Source: Heterodontus francisci
Taxonomy: Eukaryota
Assembly: GCF_036365525.1 (NCBI RefSeq)
Contig: NC_090399.1
Coordinates: 49,570,430 to 49,634,429 of the forward strand
Length of the DNA: 64,000 nt
Direction: 5' to 3'
The notes beneath the pieces were generated by a model. The model had not been told where the DNA came from, made no database searches, and saw only the letters and a list, made by a program, of their open reading frames with translations. Shown here one piece after another: positions 47,601-59,865 of the stretch (its first letter is position 1; each line of letters begins with the position of its first letter). The position numbers and the translations under genes were made by a program.

Positions 47601-50600
47601 GTAAGTGGGGGGTCCCGGGGTGAGAGTAGGGTAAGTGGGGGGTCCCTGGGTGACAGCAGGGTTAGTGCGGGGTCCCGTGGTGAGAGTAGTGTAAGTGGGG
47701 GGTCCCGGGGTGACAGCAGGGTAAGTGCGGGGTCCCGTGGTGAGAGTAGGGTAAGTGGGGAGTCCCGGGGTGAGAGTAGGGTAAGTGCGGTGTCCCGGGA
47801 TGAGAGTAGGGTAAGTGGGGAGTCCCGGGGTGAGAGTAGGGTAAGTGCAGGGTCCCGGGGTGAGAGTAGGGTAAGTGGGGAGTCCCGGGGTGAGAGTAGG
47901 GTAAGTGCAGGGTCCCGGGGTGAGAGTAGGGTAGGTGCAGGGTCCCGGGTGAGAGTAGGGTAAGTGCAGGGTCCCGGGGTGAGAGTAGGGTAAGTGGGGA
48001 GTCCCGGGGTGACAGCAGGGTAAGTGCGGGGTCCCAGGGTGAGAGTAGGGTAAGTGCGGGGTCCCAGGGTGAGAGTAGGGTAAGTGCAGGGTCCCAGGGG
48101 TGAGAGTAGGGTAAGTGCAGGATCCCAGGGTGAGAGTAGGGTATGTGCAGGGTCCCGGGGTGAGAGTAGGGTAAGTGTGGGGTCCCAGGGTGAGAGTAGG
48201 GTAAGTGGGGGGTCCCAGGGTGAGAGTAGGGTAAGTACGGGGTCCTGGGGTGAAAGTAGGGTAAGTGCGGGGTCCCGGGGTGAGAGTAGGCTCAGTGCGG
48301 GGTCCCGGGGTGACAGCAGGGTAAGTGAGGGATCCCGGGGTGAGAGTAGGGTAAGTGCGGAGTCCCGGGTTGAGAGTAGGGTAAGTGAGGGGTCCCGGGT
48401 TGAAGGTAGGGTAAGTGGGGGGTCCCAGGGTGAGAGTAGGTTCAGTGCGGGGTCCCGGGGTGACAGCAGGGTAAGTGAGGGATCCCGGGGTGAGAGTAGG
48501 GTAAGTGCGGGGTCCCGGGGTGAGAGTAGGGTAAGTGAGGGGTCCCGGGTTGAAGGTAGGGTAAGTGGGGGGTCCCAGGGTGAGAGTAGGTTCAGTGCGG
48601 GGTCCCGGGGTGACAGCAGGGTAAGTGAGGGATCCCGGGGTGAGAGTAGGGTAAGTGCGGAGTCCCGGGGTGAGAGTAGGGTAAGTGCGGGGTCCCGGGG
48701 TGAGAGTAGGGTAAGTGCGGGGTACCGGGGTGAGAGTAGATTACGTGCGGGGTGTCAGGGTGAGAGTAGGGTAAGTGCAGGGTCCCGGGGTGAAAGTAGG
48801 ATAAGTGTGGGGTCCCGGGGTGAGAGTAGAGTAAGTGCGGAGTCCCGGGGTGAGAGTAGGGTAAGTGCGGGGTCCCGGGGTGAGAGTAGGGTAAGTGCGG
48901 GGTACCGGGGTGAGAGTAGATTACGTGCGGGGTGTCAGGGTGAGAGTAGGGTAAGTGCGGGGTACCGGGGTGAGAGTAGATTACGTGCGGGGTGTCAGGG
49001 TGAGAGTAGGGTAAGTGCAGGGTCCCGGGGTGAAAGTAGGATAAGTGTGGGGTCCCGGGGTGAGAGTAGGGTAAGTGCAGGGTCCCGGGGTGAGAGTAGG
49101 GTAAGGGCAGGGTCCCGGGGTGAAAGTAGGATAGGTGGGGGGTCCCGGGGTGAGAGCAGGGTAAGTGGGGGGTCCCGGGGTGACAGCAGGGTAAGTCAGG
49201 GATCCCAGGGTGACAGCAGGGTAAGTGCGGGGTCCTGGGGTGAAAGTAGGGTAAGTGGGGGGTCCCGGGTGAGAGTAGGTTAAATGCGGCGTCCCGGGGT
49301 GAGAGTAGGGTAAGTCAGGTATCCCAGGATGAGAGTAGGGAAAATGTGGGGTCCCGTGGTAAGAGTAGGGTAAGTGGGGGGTCCCAGGGTGAGAGTACGG
49401 TAAGTGCGGGGTCCCGGGGTGAGAGTACGGTAAGTGGGGGGTCCCAGGGTGAGAGTAGGGTAAGTGTGGGGTCCTGGGGTGAAAGTAGGGTAAGTGCGGG
49501 GTCCCGGGGTGAGAGTAGGTTCAGTGCGGGGTCCCGGGGTGACAGCAGGGTAAGTGAGGGATCCCGGGGTGAGAGTAGGGTAAGTGCGGGGTCCCGGGGT
49601 GAGAGTAGGGTAAGTGGGGGGGGACCCGGGGTGACAGCAGGGTAAGTGGGGGGGTCCCGGGGTGACAGCAGGGTAAGTGCGGGGTCCCAGGGTGAGAGTA
49701 GGGTAAGTGCGGGGTCCCAGGGTGAGAGTAGGGTAAGTGCAGGGTCCCGGGGTGAGAGTAGGGTAAGTGCAGGATCCCAGGGCAAGAGTAGGGTATGTGC
49801 AGGGTCCCGGGGTGAGAGTAGGGTAAGTGGGGGGTCCCAGGGTGAGAGTAGGGTAAGTGCGGGGTCCCGGGGTGAGAGTAGGGTAAGTGGGGAGTCCCAG
49901 GGTGAGAGTAGGGTAAGTACGGGGTCCTGGGGTGAAAGTAGGGTAAGTGCGGGGTCCCGGGGTGAGAGTAGGGTAAGTGTGGGGTCCCAGGGTGAGAGTA
50001 GGGTAAGTGCGGGGTCGCGGGGTGAGAGTAGGGTAAGTGGGGGGTCCCAGGGTGAGAGTAGGGTAAGTACGGGGTCCTGGGGTGAAAGTAGGGTAAGTGC
50101 GGGGTCCCGGGGTGAGAGTAGGCTCAGTGCGGGGTCCCGGGGTGACAGCAGGGTAAGTGAGGGATCCCGGGGTGAGAGTAGGGTAAGTGCGGAGTCCCGG
50201 GGTGAGAGTAGGGTAAGTGCGGGGTCCCGGGTTGAAGGAAGGGTAAGTGGGGGGTCCCAGGGTGAGAGTAGGTTCAGTGCGGGGTCCCGGGGTGACAGCA
50301 GGGTAAGTGAGGGATCCCGGGGTGAGAGTAGGGTAAGTGCGGAGTCCCGGGGTGAGAGTAGGGTAAGTGCGGGGTCCCGGGGTGAGAGTAGGGTAAGTGG
50401 GGGGGGGTCCCGGGGTGAGAGCAGGGTAAGTGCGGGGTCCCAGGGTGAGAGTAGGGTAAGTGCGGGATCCCAGGGTGAGAGTAGGGTAAGTGCAGGGTCC
50501 CGGGGTGAGAGTAGGGTAAGTGCAGGATCCCAAGGTGAGAGTAGGGTAAGTGCAGGGTCCCGGGGTGAGAGTAGGGTAAGTGCAGGATCACGGGGTGAAA

Positions 50601-53600
50601 GTAGGGTAGGTGGGGGGTCCCGGGGTGAGAGCAGGGTAAGTGGGGGGTCCCGGGGTGACAGCAGGGTAAGTCAGGGATCCCAGGGTGACAGCAGGGTAAG
50701 TGCGGGGTCCTGGGGTGAAAGTAGGGTAAGTGGGGGGTCCCGGGTGAGAGTAGGTTAAATGCGGCGTCCCGGGGTGAGAGTAGGGTAAGTCAGGTATCCC
50801 AGGATGAGAGTAGGGAAAATGTGGGGTCCCGTGGTAAGAGTAGGGTAAGTGGGGGGTCCCAGGGTGAGAGTACGGTAAGTGCGGGGTCCCGGGGTGAGAG
50901 TACGGTAAGTGGGGGGTCCCAGGGTGAGAGTAGGGTAAGTGTGGGGTCCTGGGGTGAAAGTAGGGTAAGTGCGGGGTCCCGGGGTGAGAGTAGGTTCAGT
51001 GCGGGGTCCCGGGGTGACAGCAGGGTAAGTGAGGGATCCCGGGGTGAGAGTAGGGTAAGTGCGGGGTCCCGGGGTGAGAGTAGGGTAAGTGGGGGGGGTC
51101 CCGGGGTGACAGCAGGGTAAGTGGGGGGGTCCCGGGGTGACAGCAGGGTAAGTGCGGGGTCCCAGGGTGAGAGTAGGGTAAGTGCGGGGTCCCAGGGTGA
51201 GAGTAGGGTAAGTGCAGGGTCCCGGGGTGAGAGTAGGGTAAGTGGGGAGTCCCAGGGTGAGAGTAGGGTAAGTACGGGGTCCTGGGGTGAAAGTAGGGTA
51301 CGTGCGGGGTCCCGGGGTGAGAGTAGGTTCAGTGCGGGGTCCCGGGGTGACAGCATGGTAAGTGAGGGATCCCGGGGTGAGAGTAGGGTAAGTGCGGAGT
51401 CCCGGGTTGAGAGTAGGGTAAGTGAGGGGTCCCGGGTTGAAGGTAGGGTAAGTGGGGGGTCCCAGGGTGAGAGCAGGTTCAGTGCGGGGTCCCGAGGTGA
51501 CAGCAGGATAAGTGAGGGATCCCGGGGTGAGAGTAGGGTAAGTGCGGAGTCCCGGGGTGAGAGTAGGGTAAGTGCGGGGTCCCGGGTTGAAGGAAGGGTA
51601 AGTGGGGGGTCCCAGGGTGAGAGTAGGTTCAGTGCGGGGTCCCGGGGTGACAGCAGGGTAAGTGAGGGATCCCGGGGTGAGAGTAGGGTAAGTGCGGAGT
51701 CCCGGGGTGAGAGTAGGGTAAGTGCGGGGTCCCGGGGTGAGAGTAGGGTAAGTGGGGGGGGGGTCCCGGGGTGAGAGCAGGGTAAGTGCGGGGTCCCAGG
51801 GTGAGAGTAGGGTAAGTGCGGGATCCCAGGGTGAGAGTAGGGTAAGTGCAGGGTCCCGGGGTGAGAGTAGGGTAAGTGCAGGATCCCAAGGTGAGAGTAG
51901 GGTAAGTGCAGGGTCCCGGGGTGAGAGTAGGGTAAGTGCAGGCTCCCAAGGTGAGAGTAGGGTAAGTGCAGGGTCCCGGGGTGAGAGAAGGATAAGTGGG
52001 GGGTCCCAGGGTGAGAGTAGGGTAAGTGCGGGGTCCCAGGGTGAGAGTAGGGTAAGTGCAGGGTCCCGGGGTGAGAGTAGGGTAAGTGGGGGGTCCCAGG
52101 GTGAGAGTAGAGTAAGTGCGGGTTCCCGGGCTGACAGCAGGGTAAGTCAGGGATCCCAGGGTGAGAGTAAGGTAAGTGCAGGGTCCCGGGGTGAGAGTAG
52201 GGTAAGTGCGAGGTCCCGGGGTGAGAGTAGGGTAAGTGGGGGGTCCCGGGGTGAGAGTAGGGTAAGTGGGGGGTCCCTGGGTGACAGCAGGGTTAGTGCG
52301 GTGTCCCGTGGTGAGAGTAGTGTAAGTGGGGGGTCCCGGGGTGACAGCAGGGTAAGTGCGGGGTCCCGTGGTGAGATTAGGGTAAGTGGGGAGTCCCGGG
52401 GTGAGAGTAGGGTAAGTGCGGTGTCCCGGGATGAGAGTAGGGTAAGTGGGGAGTCCCGGGGTGAGAGTAGGGTAAGTGCGGGGTCCCAGGGTGAGAGTAG
52501 GGTAAGTGCAGGGTCCCGGGGTGAGAGTAGGGTAAGTGGGGGGTCCCAGGGTGAGAGTAGGGTAAGTGCGGGTTCCCGGGGTGACAGCAGGTTAAGTCAG
52601 GGATCCCAGGGTGAGAGTAAGGTAAGTGCAGGGTCCCGGGGTGAGAGTAGGGTAAGTGCGAGGTCCCGGGGTGAGAGTAGGGTAAGTGGGGGGTCCCGGG
52701 GTGAGAGTAGGGTAAGTGGGGGGTCCCTGGGTGACAGCAGGGTTAGTGCGGGGTCCCGTGGTGAGAGTAGTGTAAGTGGGGGGTCCCGGGGTGACAGCAG
52801 GGTAAGTGCGGGGTCCCGTGGTGAGAGTAGGGTAAGTGGGGAGTCCCGGGGTGAGAGTAGGGTAAGTGCGGTGTCCCGGGATGAGAGTAGGGTAAGTGGG
52901 GAGTCCCGGGGTGAGAGTAGGGTAAGTGCAGGGTCCCGGGGTGAGAGTAGGGTAAGTGGGGAGTCCCGGGGTGAGAGTAGGGTAAGTGCAGGGTCCCGGG
53001 GTGAGAGTAGGGTAGGTGCAGGGTCCCGGGTGAGAGTAGGGTAAGTGCAGGGTCCCGGGGTGAGAGTAGGGTAAGTGGGGAGTCCCGGGGTGACAGCAGG
53101 GTAAGTGCGGGGTCCCAGGGTGAGAGTAGGGTAAGTGCGGGGTCCCAGGGTGAGAGTAGGGTAAGTGCAGGGTCCCAGGGGTGAGAGTAGGGTAAGTGCA
53201 GGATCCCAGGGTGAGAGTAGGGTATGTGCAGGGTCCCGGGGTGAGAGTAGGGTAAGTGTGGGGTCCCAGGGTGAGAGTAGGGTAAGTGCGGGGTCGCGGG
53301 GTGAGAGTAGGGTAAGTGGGGGGTCCCAGGGTGAGAGTAGGGTAAGTACGGGGTCCTGGGGTGAAAGTAGGGTAAGTGCGGGGTCCCGGGGTGAGAGTAG
53401 GCTCAGTGCGGGGTCCCGGGGTGACAGCAGGGTAAGTGAGGGATCCCGGGGTGAGAGTAGGGTAAGTGCGGAGTCCCGGGTTGAGAGTAGGGTAAGTGAG
53501 GGGTCCCGGGTTGAAGGTAGGGTAAGTGGGGGGTCCCAGGGTGAGAGTAGGTTCAGTGCGGGGTCCCGGGGTGACAGCAGGGTAAGTGAGGGATCCCGGG

Positions 53601-56600
53601 GTGAGAGTAGGGTAAGTGCGGGGTCCCGGGGTGAGAGTAGGGTAAGTGAGGGGTCCCGGGTTGAAGGTAGGGTAAGTGGGGGGTCCCAGGGTGAGAGTAG
53701 GTTCAGTGCGGGGTCCCGGGGTGACAGCAGGGTAAGTGAGGGATCCCGGGGTGAGAGTAGGGTAAGTGCGGAGTCCCGGGGTGAGAGTAGGGTAAGTGCG
53801 GGGTCCCGGGGTGAGAGTAGGGTAAGTGCGGGGTACCGGGGTGAGAGTAGATTACGTGCGGGGTGTCAGGGTGAGAGTAGGGTAAGTGCAGGGTCCCGGG
53901 GTGAAAGTAGGATAAGTGTGGGGTCCCGGGGTGAGAGTAGAGTAAGTGCGGGGTCCCGGGGTGAAAGTAGGATAAGTGTGGGGTCCCGGGGTGAGAGTAG
54001 GGTAAGTGCAGGGTCCCGGGGTGAGAGTAGGGTAAGTGCAGGGTCCCGGGGTGAAAGTAGGATAGGTGGGGGGTCCCGGGGTGAGAGCAGGGTAAGTGGG
54101 GGGTCCCGGGGTGACAGCAGGGTAAGTCAGGGATCCCAGGGTGACAGCAGGGTAAGTGCGGGGTCCTGGGGTGAAAGTAGGGTAAGTGGGGGGTCCCGGG
54201 TGAGAGTAGGTTAAATGCGGCGTCCCGGGGTGAGAGTAGGGTAAGTCAGGTATCCCAGGATGAGAGTAGGGAAAATGTGGGGTCCCGTGGTAAGAGTAGG
54301 GTAAGTGGGGGGTCCCAGGGTGAGAGTACGGTAAGTGCGGGGTCCCGGGGTGAGAGTACGGTAAGTGGGGGGTCCCAGGGTGAGAGTAGGGTAAGTGTGG
54401 GGTCCTGGGGTGAAAGTAGGGTAAGTGCGGGGTCCCGGGGTGAGAGTAGGTTCAGTGCGGGGTCCCGGGGTGACAGCAGGGTAAGTGAGGGATCCCGGGG
54501 TGAGAGTAGGGTAAGTGCGGGGTCCCGGGGTGAGAGTAGGGTAAGTGGGGGGGGTCCCGGGGTGACAGCAGGGTAAGTGGGGGGTTCCCGGGGTGACAGC
54601 AGGGTAAGTGCGGGGTCCCAGGGTGAGAGTAGGGTAAGTGCGGGGTCCCAGGGTGAGAGTAGGGTAAGTGCAGGGTCCCGGGGTGAGAGTAGGGTAAGTG
54701 CAGGATCCCAGGGCGAGAGTAGGGTATGTGCAGGGTCCCGGGGTGAGAGTAGGGTAAGTGGGGGGTCCCAGGGTGAGAGTAGGGTAAGTGCGGGGTCCCG
54801 GGGTGAGAGTAGGTTCAGTGCGGGGTCCCGGGGTGACAGCATGGTAAGTGAGGGATCCCGGGGTGAGAGTAGGGTAAGTGCGGAGTCCCGGGTTGAGAGT
54901 AGGGTAAGTGAGGGGTCCCGGGTTGAAGGTAGGGTAAGTGGGGGGTCCCAGGGTGAGAGCAGGTTCAGTGCGGGGTCCCGAGGTGACAGCAGGGTAAGTG
55001 AGGGATCCCGGGGTGAGAGTAGGGTAAGTGCGGAGTCCCGGGGTGAGAGTAGGGTAAGTGCGGGGTCCCGGGTTGAAGGAAGGGTAAGTGGGGGGTCCCA
55101 GGGTGAGAGTAGGTTCAGTGCGGGGTCCCGGGGTGACAGCAGGGTAAGTGAGGGATCCCGGGGTGAGAGTAGGGTAAGTGCGGAGTCCCGGGGTGAGAGT
55201 AGGGTAAGTGCGGGGTCCCGGGGTGAGAGTAGGTTCAGTGCGGGGTCCCGGGGTGACAGCATGGTAAGTGAGGGATCCCGGGGTGAGAGTAGGGTAAGTG
55301 CGGAGTCCCGGGTTGAGAGTAGGGTAAGTGAGGGGTCCCGGGTTGAAGGTAGGGTAAGTGGGGGGTCCCAGGGTGAGAGCAGGTTCAGTGCGGGGTCCCG
55401 AGGTGACAGCAGGGTAAGTGAGGGATCCCGGGGTGAGAGTAGGGTAAGTGCGGAGTCCCGGGGTGAGAGTAGGGTAAGTGCGGGGTCCCGGGTTGAAGGA
55501 AGGGTAAGTGGGGGGTCCCAGGGTGAGAGTAGGTTCAGTGCGGGGTCCCGGGGTGACAGCAGGGTAAGTGAGGGATCCCGGGGTGAGAGTAGGGTAAGTG
55601 CGGAGTCCCGGGGTGAGAGTAGGGTAAGTGCGGGGTCCCGGGGTGAGAGTAGGGTAAGTGGGGGGGGGTCCCGGGGTGAGAGCAGGGTAAGTGCGGGGTC
55701 CCAGGGTGAGAGTAGGGTAAGTGCGGGATCCCAGGGTGAGAGTAGGGTAAGTGCAGGGTCCCGGGGTGAGAGTAGGGTAAGTGCAGGATCCCAAGGTGAG
55801 AGTAGGGTAAGTGCAGGGTCCCGGGGTGAGAGTAGGGTAAGTGCAGGCTCCCAAGGTGAGAGTAGGGTAAGTGCAGGGTCCCGGGGTGAGAGAAGGATAA
55901 GTGGGGGGTCCCAGGGTGAGAGTAGGGTAAGTGCGGGGTCCCAGGGTGAGAGTAGGGTAAGTGCAGGGTCCCGGGGTGAGAGTAGGGTAAGTGGGGGGTC
56001 CCAGGGTGAGAGTAGAGTAAGTGCGGGTTCCCGGGCTGACAGCAGGGTAAGTCAGGGATCCCAGGGTTAGAGTAAGGTAAGTGCAGGGTCCCGGGGTGAG
56101 AGTAGGGTAAGTGCGAGGTCCCGGGGTGAGAGTAGGGTAAGTGGGGGGTCCCGGGGTGAGAGTAGGGTAAGTGGGGGGTCCCTGGGTGACAGCAGGGTTA
56201 GTGCGGTGTCCCGTGGTGAGAGTAGTGTAAGTGGGGGGTCCCGGGGTGACAGCAGGGTAATGCGGGGTCCCGTGGTGAGATTAGGGTAAGTGGGGAGTCC
56301 CGGGGTGAGAGTAGGGTAAGTGCGGTGTCCCGGGATGAGAGTAGGGTAAGTGGGGAGTCCCGGGGTGAGAGTAGGGTAAGTGCAGGGTCCCGGGGTGAGA
56401 GTAGGGTAAGTGGGGAGTCCCGGGGTGAGAGTAGGGTAAGTGCAGGGTCCCGGGGTGAGAGTAGGGTAGGTGCAGGGTCCCGGGTGAGAGTAGGGTAAGT
56501 GGAGGGTCCCGGGGTGAGAGTAGGGTAAGTGGGGAGTCCCGGGGTGACAGCAGGGTAAGTGCGGGGTCCCAGGGTGAGAGTAGGGTAAGTGCGGGGTCCC

Positions 56601-58068
56601 AGGGTGAGAGTAGGGTAAGTGCAGGGTCCCGGGGTGAGAGTAGGGTAAGTGCAGGATCCCAGGGTGAGAGTAGGGTATGTGCAGGGTCCCGGGGTGAGAG
56701 TAGGGTAAGTGTGGGGTCCCAGGGTGAGAGTAGGGTAAGTGCGGGGTCGCGGGGTGAGAGTAGGGTAAGTGGGGGGTCCCAGGGTGAGAGTAGGGTAAGT
56801 ACGGGGTCCTGGGGTGAAAGTAGGGTAAGTGCGGGGTCCCGGGGTGAGAGTAGGTTCAGTGCGGGGTCCCGGGGTGACAGCAGGGTAAGTGAGGGATCCC
56901 GGGGTGAGAGTAGGGTAAGTGCGGAGTCCCGGGTTGAGAGTAGGGTAAGTGAGGGGTCCCGGGTTGAAGGTAGGGTAAGTGGGGGGTCCCAGGGTGAGAT
57001 TAGGTTCAGTGCGGGGTCCCGGGGTGACAGCAGGGTAAGTGAGGGATCCCGGGGTGAGAGTAGGGTAAGTGCGGAGTCCCGGGGTGAGAGTAGGGTAAGT
57101 GAGGGGTCCCGGGTTGAAGGTAGGGTAAGTGGGGGGTCCCAGGGTGAGAGTAGGTTCAGTGCGGGGTCCCGGGGTGACAGCAGGGTAAGTGAGGTATCCC
57201 GGGGTGAGAGTAGGGTAAGTGCGGAGTCCCGGGGTGAGAGTAGGGTAAGTGCGGGGTCCCGGGGTGAGAGTAGGGTAAGTGGGGGGGGGGTCCCGGGGTG
57301 AGAGCAGGGTAAGTGCGGGGTCCCAGGGTGAGAGTAGGGTAAGTGCGAGGTCCCAGGGTGAGAGTAGGGTAAGTGCAGGGTCCCGGGGTGAGAGTAGGGT
57401 AAGTGCAGGCTCCCAAGGTGAGAGTAGGGTAAGTGCAGGGTCCCGGGGTGAGAGAAGGATAAGTGGGGGGTCCCAGGGTGAGAGTAGGGTAAGTGCGGGG
57501 TCCCAGGGTGAGAGTAGGGTAAGTGCAGGGTCCCGGGGTGAGAGTAGGGTAAGTGGGGGGTCCCAGGGTGAGAGTAGAGTAAGTGCGGGTTCCCGGGGTG
57601 ACAGCAGGGTAAGTCAGGGATCCCAGGGTGAGAGTAAGGTAAGTGCGAGGTCCCGGGGTGAGAGTAGGGTAAGTGGGGGGTCCCGGGGTGACAGCAGGGT
57701 AAGTGCGGGGTCCCGTGGTGAGAGTAGGGTAAGTGGGGGGTCCCGGGGTGACAGCAGGGTAAGTGCGGGGTCCCGTGGTGAGAGTAGGGTAAGTGGGGGG
57801 TCTCGGGGTGACAGCAGGGTAAGTGCGGGGTCCCGTGGTGAGAGTAGGGTAAGTGGGGAGTCCCGGGGTGAGAGTAGGGTAAGTGCGGTGTCCCGGGATG
57901 AGAGTAGGGTAAGTGGGGAGTCCCGGGGTGAGAGTAGGGTAAGTGCAGGGTCCCGGGGTGAGAGTAGGGTAGGTGCAGGGTCCCGGGGTGAGAGTAGGGT
58001 AAGTGGGGGGTCCCGGGGTGAGAGTAGGGTAAGTGGGGAGTCCCGGGGTCACAGCAAGGTAAGTGGGA
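35650..58068 (+). repeat. ~22.4-kb minisatellite, 30-bp unit GGTGAGAGTAGGGTAAGTGCGGGGTCCCGG, about 750 copies
   Basis: Direct periodicity; degenerate units extend left to ~35444; abrupt right end. Confidence 0.99.
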
Positions 58069-58581
58069 CATCAACTATTAGACATTACATTGTGGTTGCA
58101 GATTATTTGTTTTGCTTTGGTGAACCAAATGACAAAGGTTTGAAGGATTTTCAGTTGGATCCTCGCTATTGGATCAGTGAACATGCGGAACTGTGTATCA
58201 ATTCAGGGAACTCGCTTTGCTGAAAAGCGGCGGATTTCATCCACTTCCGCAAATGCTGAACCCGCAAAGCATTCGTTTTCAGTCATTGCCTGACAGCGTC
58301 GGTAGAAAGTATCTGCAGATAAACCACAACCGACAACAAATGAAGCACTCAGCACATTGCCAAAAGTATCCAGAACATGTCAGTGCACAGTCGGACGGCA
58401 CCATCGACCATTAGCGCGACCCTCATTACATATTGACAATGGTATTCGAAATAATTTATGCATTTTCTTCCCTGTTTCTTCCGGCATTTTCATACTCATT
58501 TTTGTTAAACTAGGATTCTTGGACCTTCAGTGGATCCTTTAAATTAGGGTGTTAAATTGGGAAACTTTTCGTTGATACCAT

Positions 58582-59328
58582 TTTTTCCAAAAAAGAAATT
58601 GTGAACTTGCAATACATAAAAGTTCAAATCTGACATTACATAAAGTGCAATACAGATCAATTTCTTTCAATACACTCTGAGGTGCCTCTACGCTTAAAAA
58701 TGCAATTTAAATTTACAATATATATTTACATTTCATGTCAAACATTCTGTGGTGCATACAGCCTGAGGTGTTTTCTATGGTTCCCAGCCCCTCGTTGTAC
58801 TATGGCCAGAGGTCCTTACATAGAGGCCTTTCCCCATTGAGCTTTTGCAGCAGCTGCCCCAAGCTTTAGTGTGTCCCTCAGCATATAGTCCCGGACCTTG
58901 GAATGTGCCGGTCTGCAACACTTAATTGTCGACAGTTCTTTGCGCTTGTAGATCAGTAAGTTTTGAGTGTCTTTCACTGAGTTGATGGGCGTCCAGCAGC
59001 AGTTGATGTTTATCTCTGTGTGTGACCCTGGGAACAGCCCATAGAGCACTGAGTCGGAGCTGCTCAGACTGATACTCAACAAAAAACACTGCATCTCTTT
59101 CCAGACCTGCTTTACAAAGGCACATTCCAGAAGGAGGTGGGAAACGGTCTCTTCTCCATCGCAGCCTCCTCCAGGGCAGCGGTATATTGGTGCTGAGACT
59201 CCAGGCATGCAGGAAGGATCTGATGAGGCAGACCCTTCTCACCACCAGCCAAGTTATGTCTTGGTGCTTGTTTGAAAGTTCTGGCAACGAGGCATTCTGC
59301 CAAATGATTTTGACAGTCTGCTCAGGGG
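58582..59328 (-). mobile_element. Tx1/L1-clade LINE 3' fragment
   Basis: CPGGGCDGEETVSHLLLEC (zf-RVT-type CCHC), VLYGLFPG, AKAQWGK; TSD accat at 58577-58581 and 59329-59333. Confidence 0.88.
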
Positions 59329-59865
59329 ACCATATTCATTAAAGTCATTTCTCCTTTTAAACATTGCCTCCAAGCGATGAGTAAGTGTGACATCCATCAG
59401 AAGAAATCAAGTCCCGTTCAGTAGGACCTGCCCTGGTAAAGACGAAGTTGCCATTAGACATTCCATAGAATAACATAGAGGAACTGCTAGCTCCTCGGTC
59501 AAAGCTACCAACAACAGACTGATTCAGGTTTGTACATGAAACAATGGCAGCATTTTGAGAAGTTTCCAGAAAGGTGTTCAACAGATGCATTTTTGTTTGT
59601 TTTAAATGTCACTAGATTGATATTTGAACTTAGTTTTTCGGGAAATTTATCATTAAAGTTTGTTATTAATGTGGCTGCCTGATACCAGTAATGTAAGGTA
59701 GTTTAAATATTATTTAAAGGGTGGTCACTTACTTGAAAGCTCAGAGGTCCAGGGTTATATCTAGCTCCCCTACCTCAGCCCCAAGCCATGTGCTTTTTAG
59801 CTTTCTACCTGCTGGTGAGGGACATGGTGCAAGTCCAGGAAGTAAGGACAGAGTATAAAGAATCC

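Noticed and set aside
35650-58068. CRISPR array or telomeric repeat
   Set aside because: Contiguous tandem units without unique spacers in a vertebrate context; contains GTAGGG, not (TTAGGG)n
35647-58074. Long - strand ORFs (HPGTPHLPYS, PRDPALTLLS, TYPTLTPGPR repeats) as mucin-like genes
   Set aside because: The unit lacks stops in all three - frames, so long ORFs are expected; they are broken by indels and recurrent stops and have no credible start
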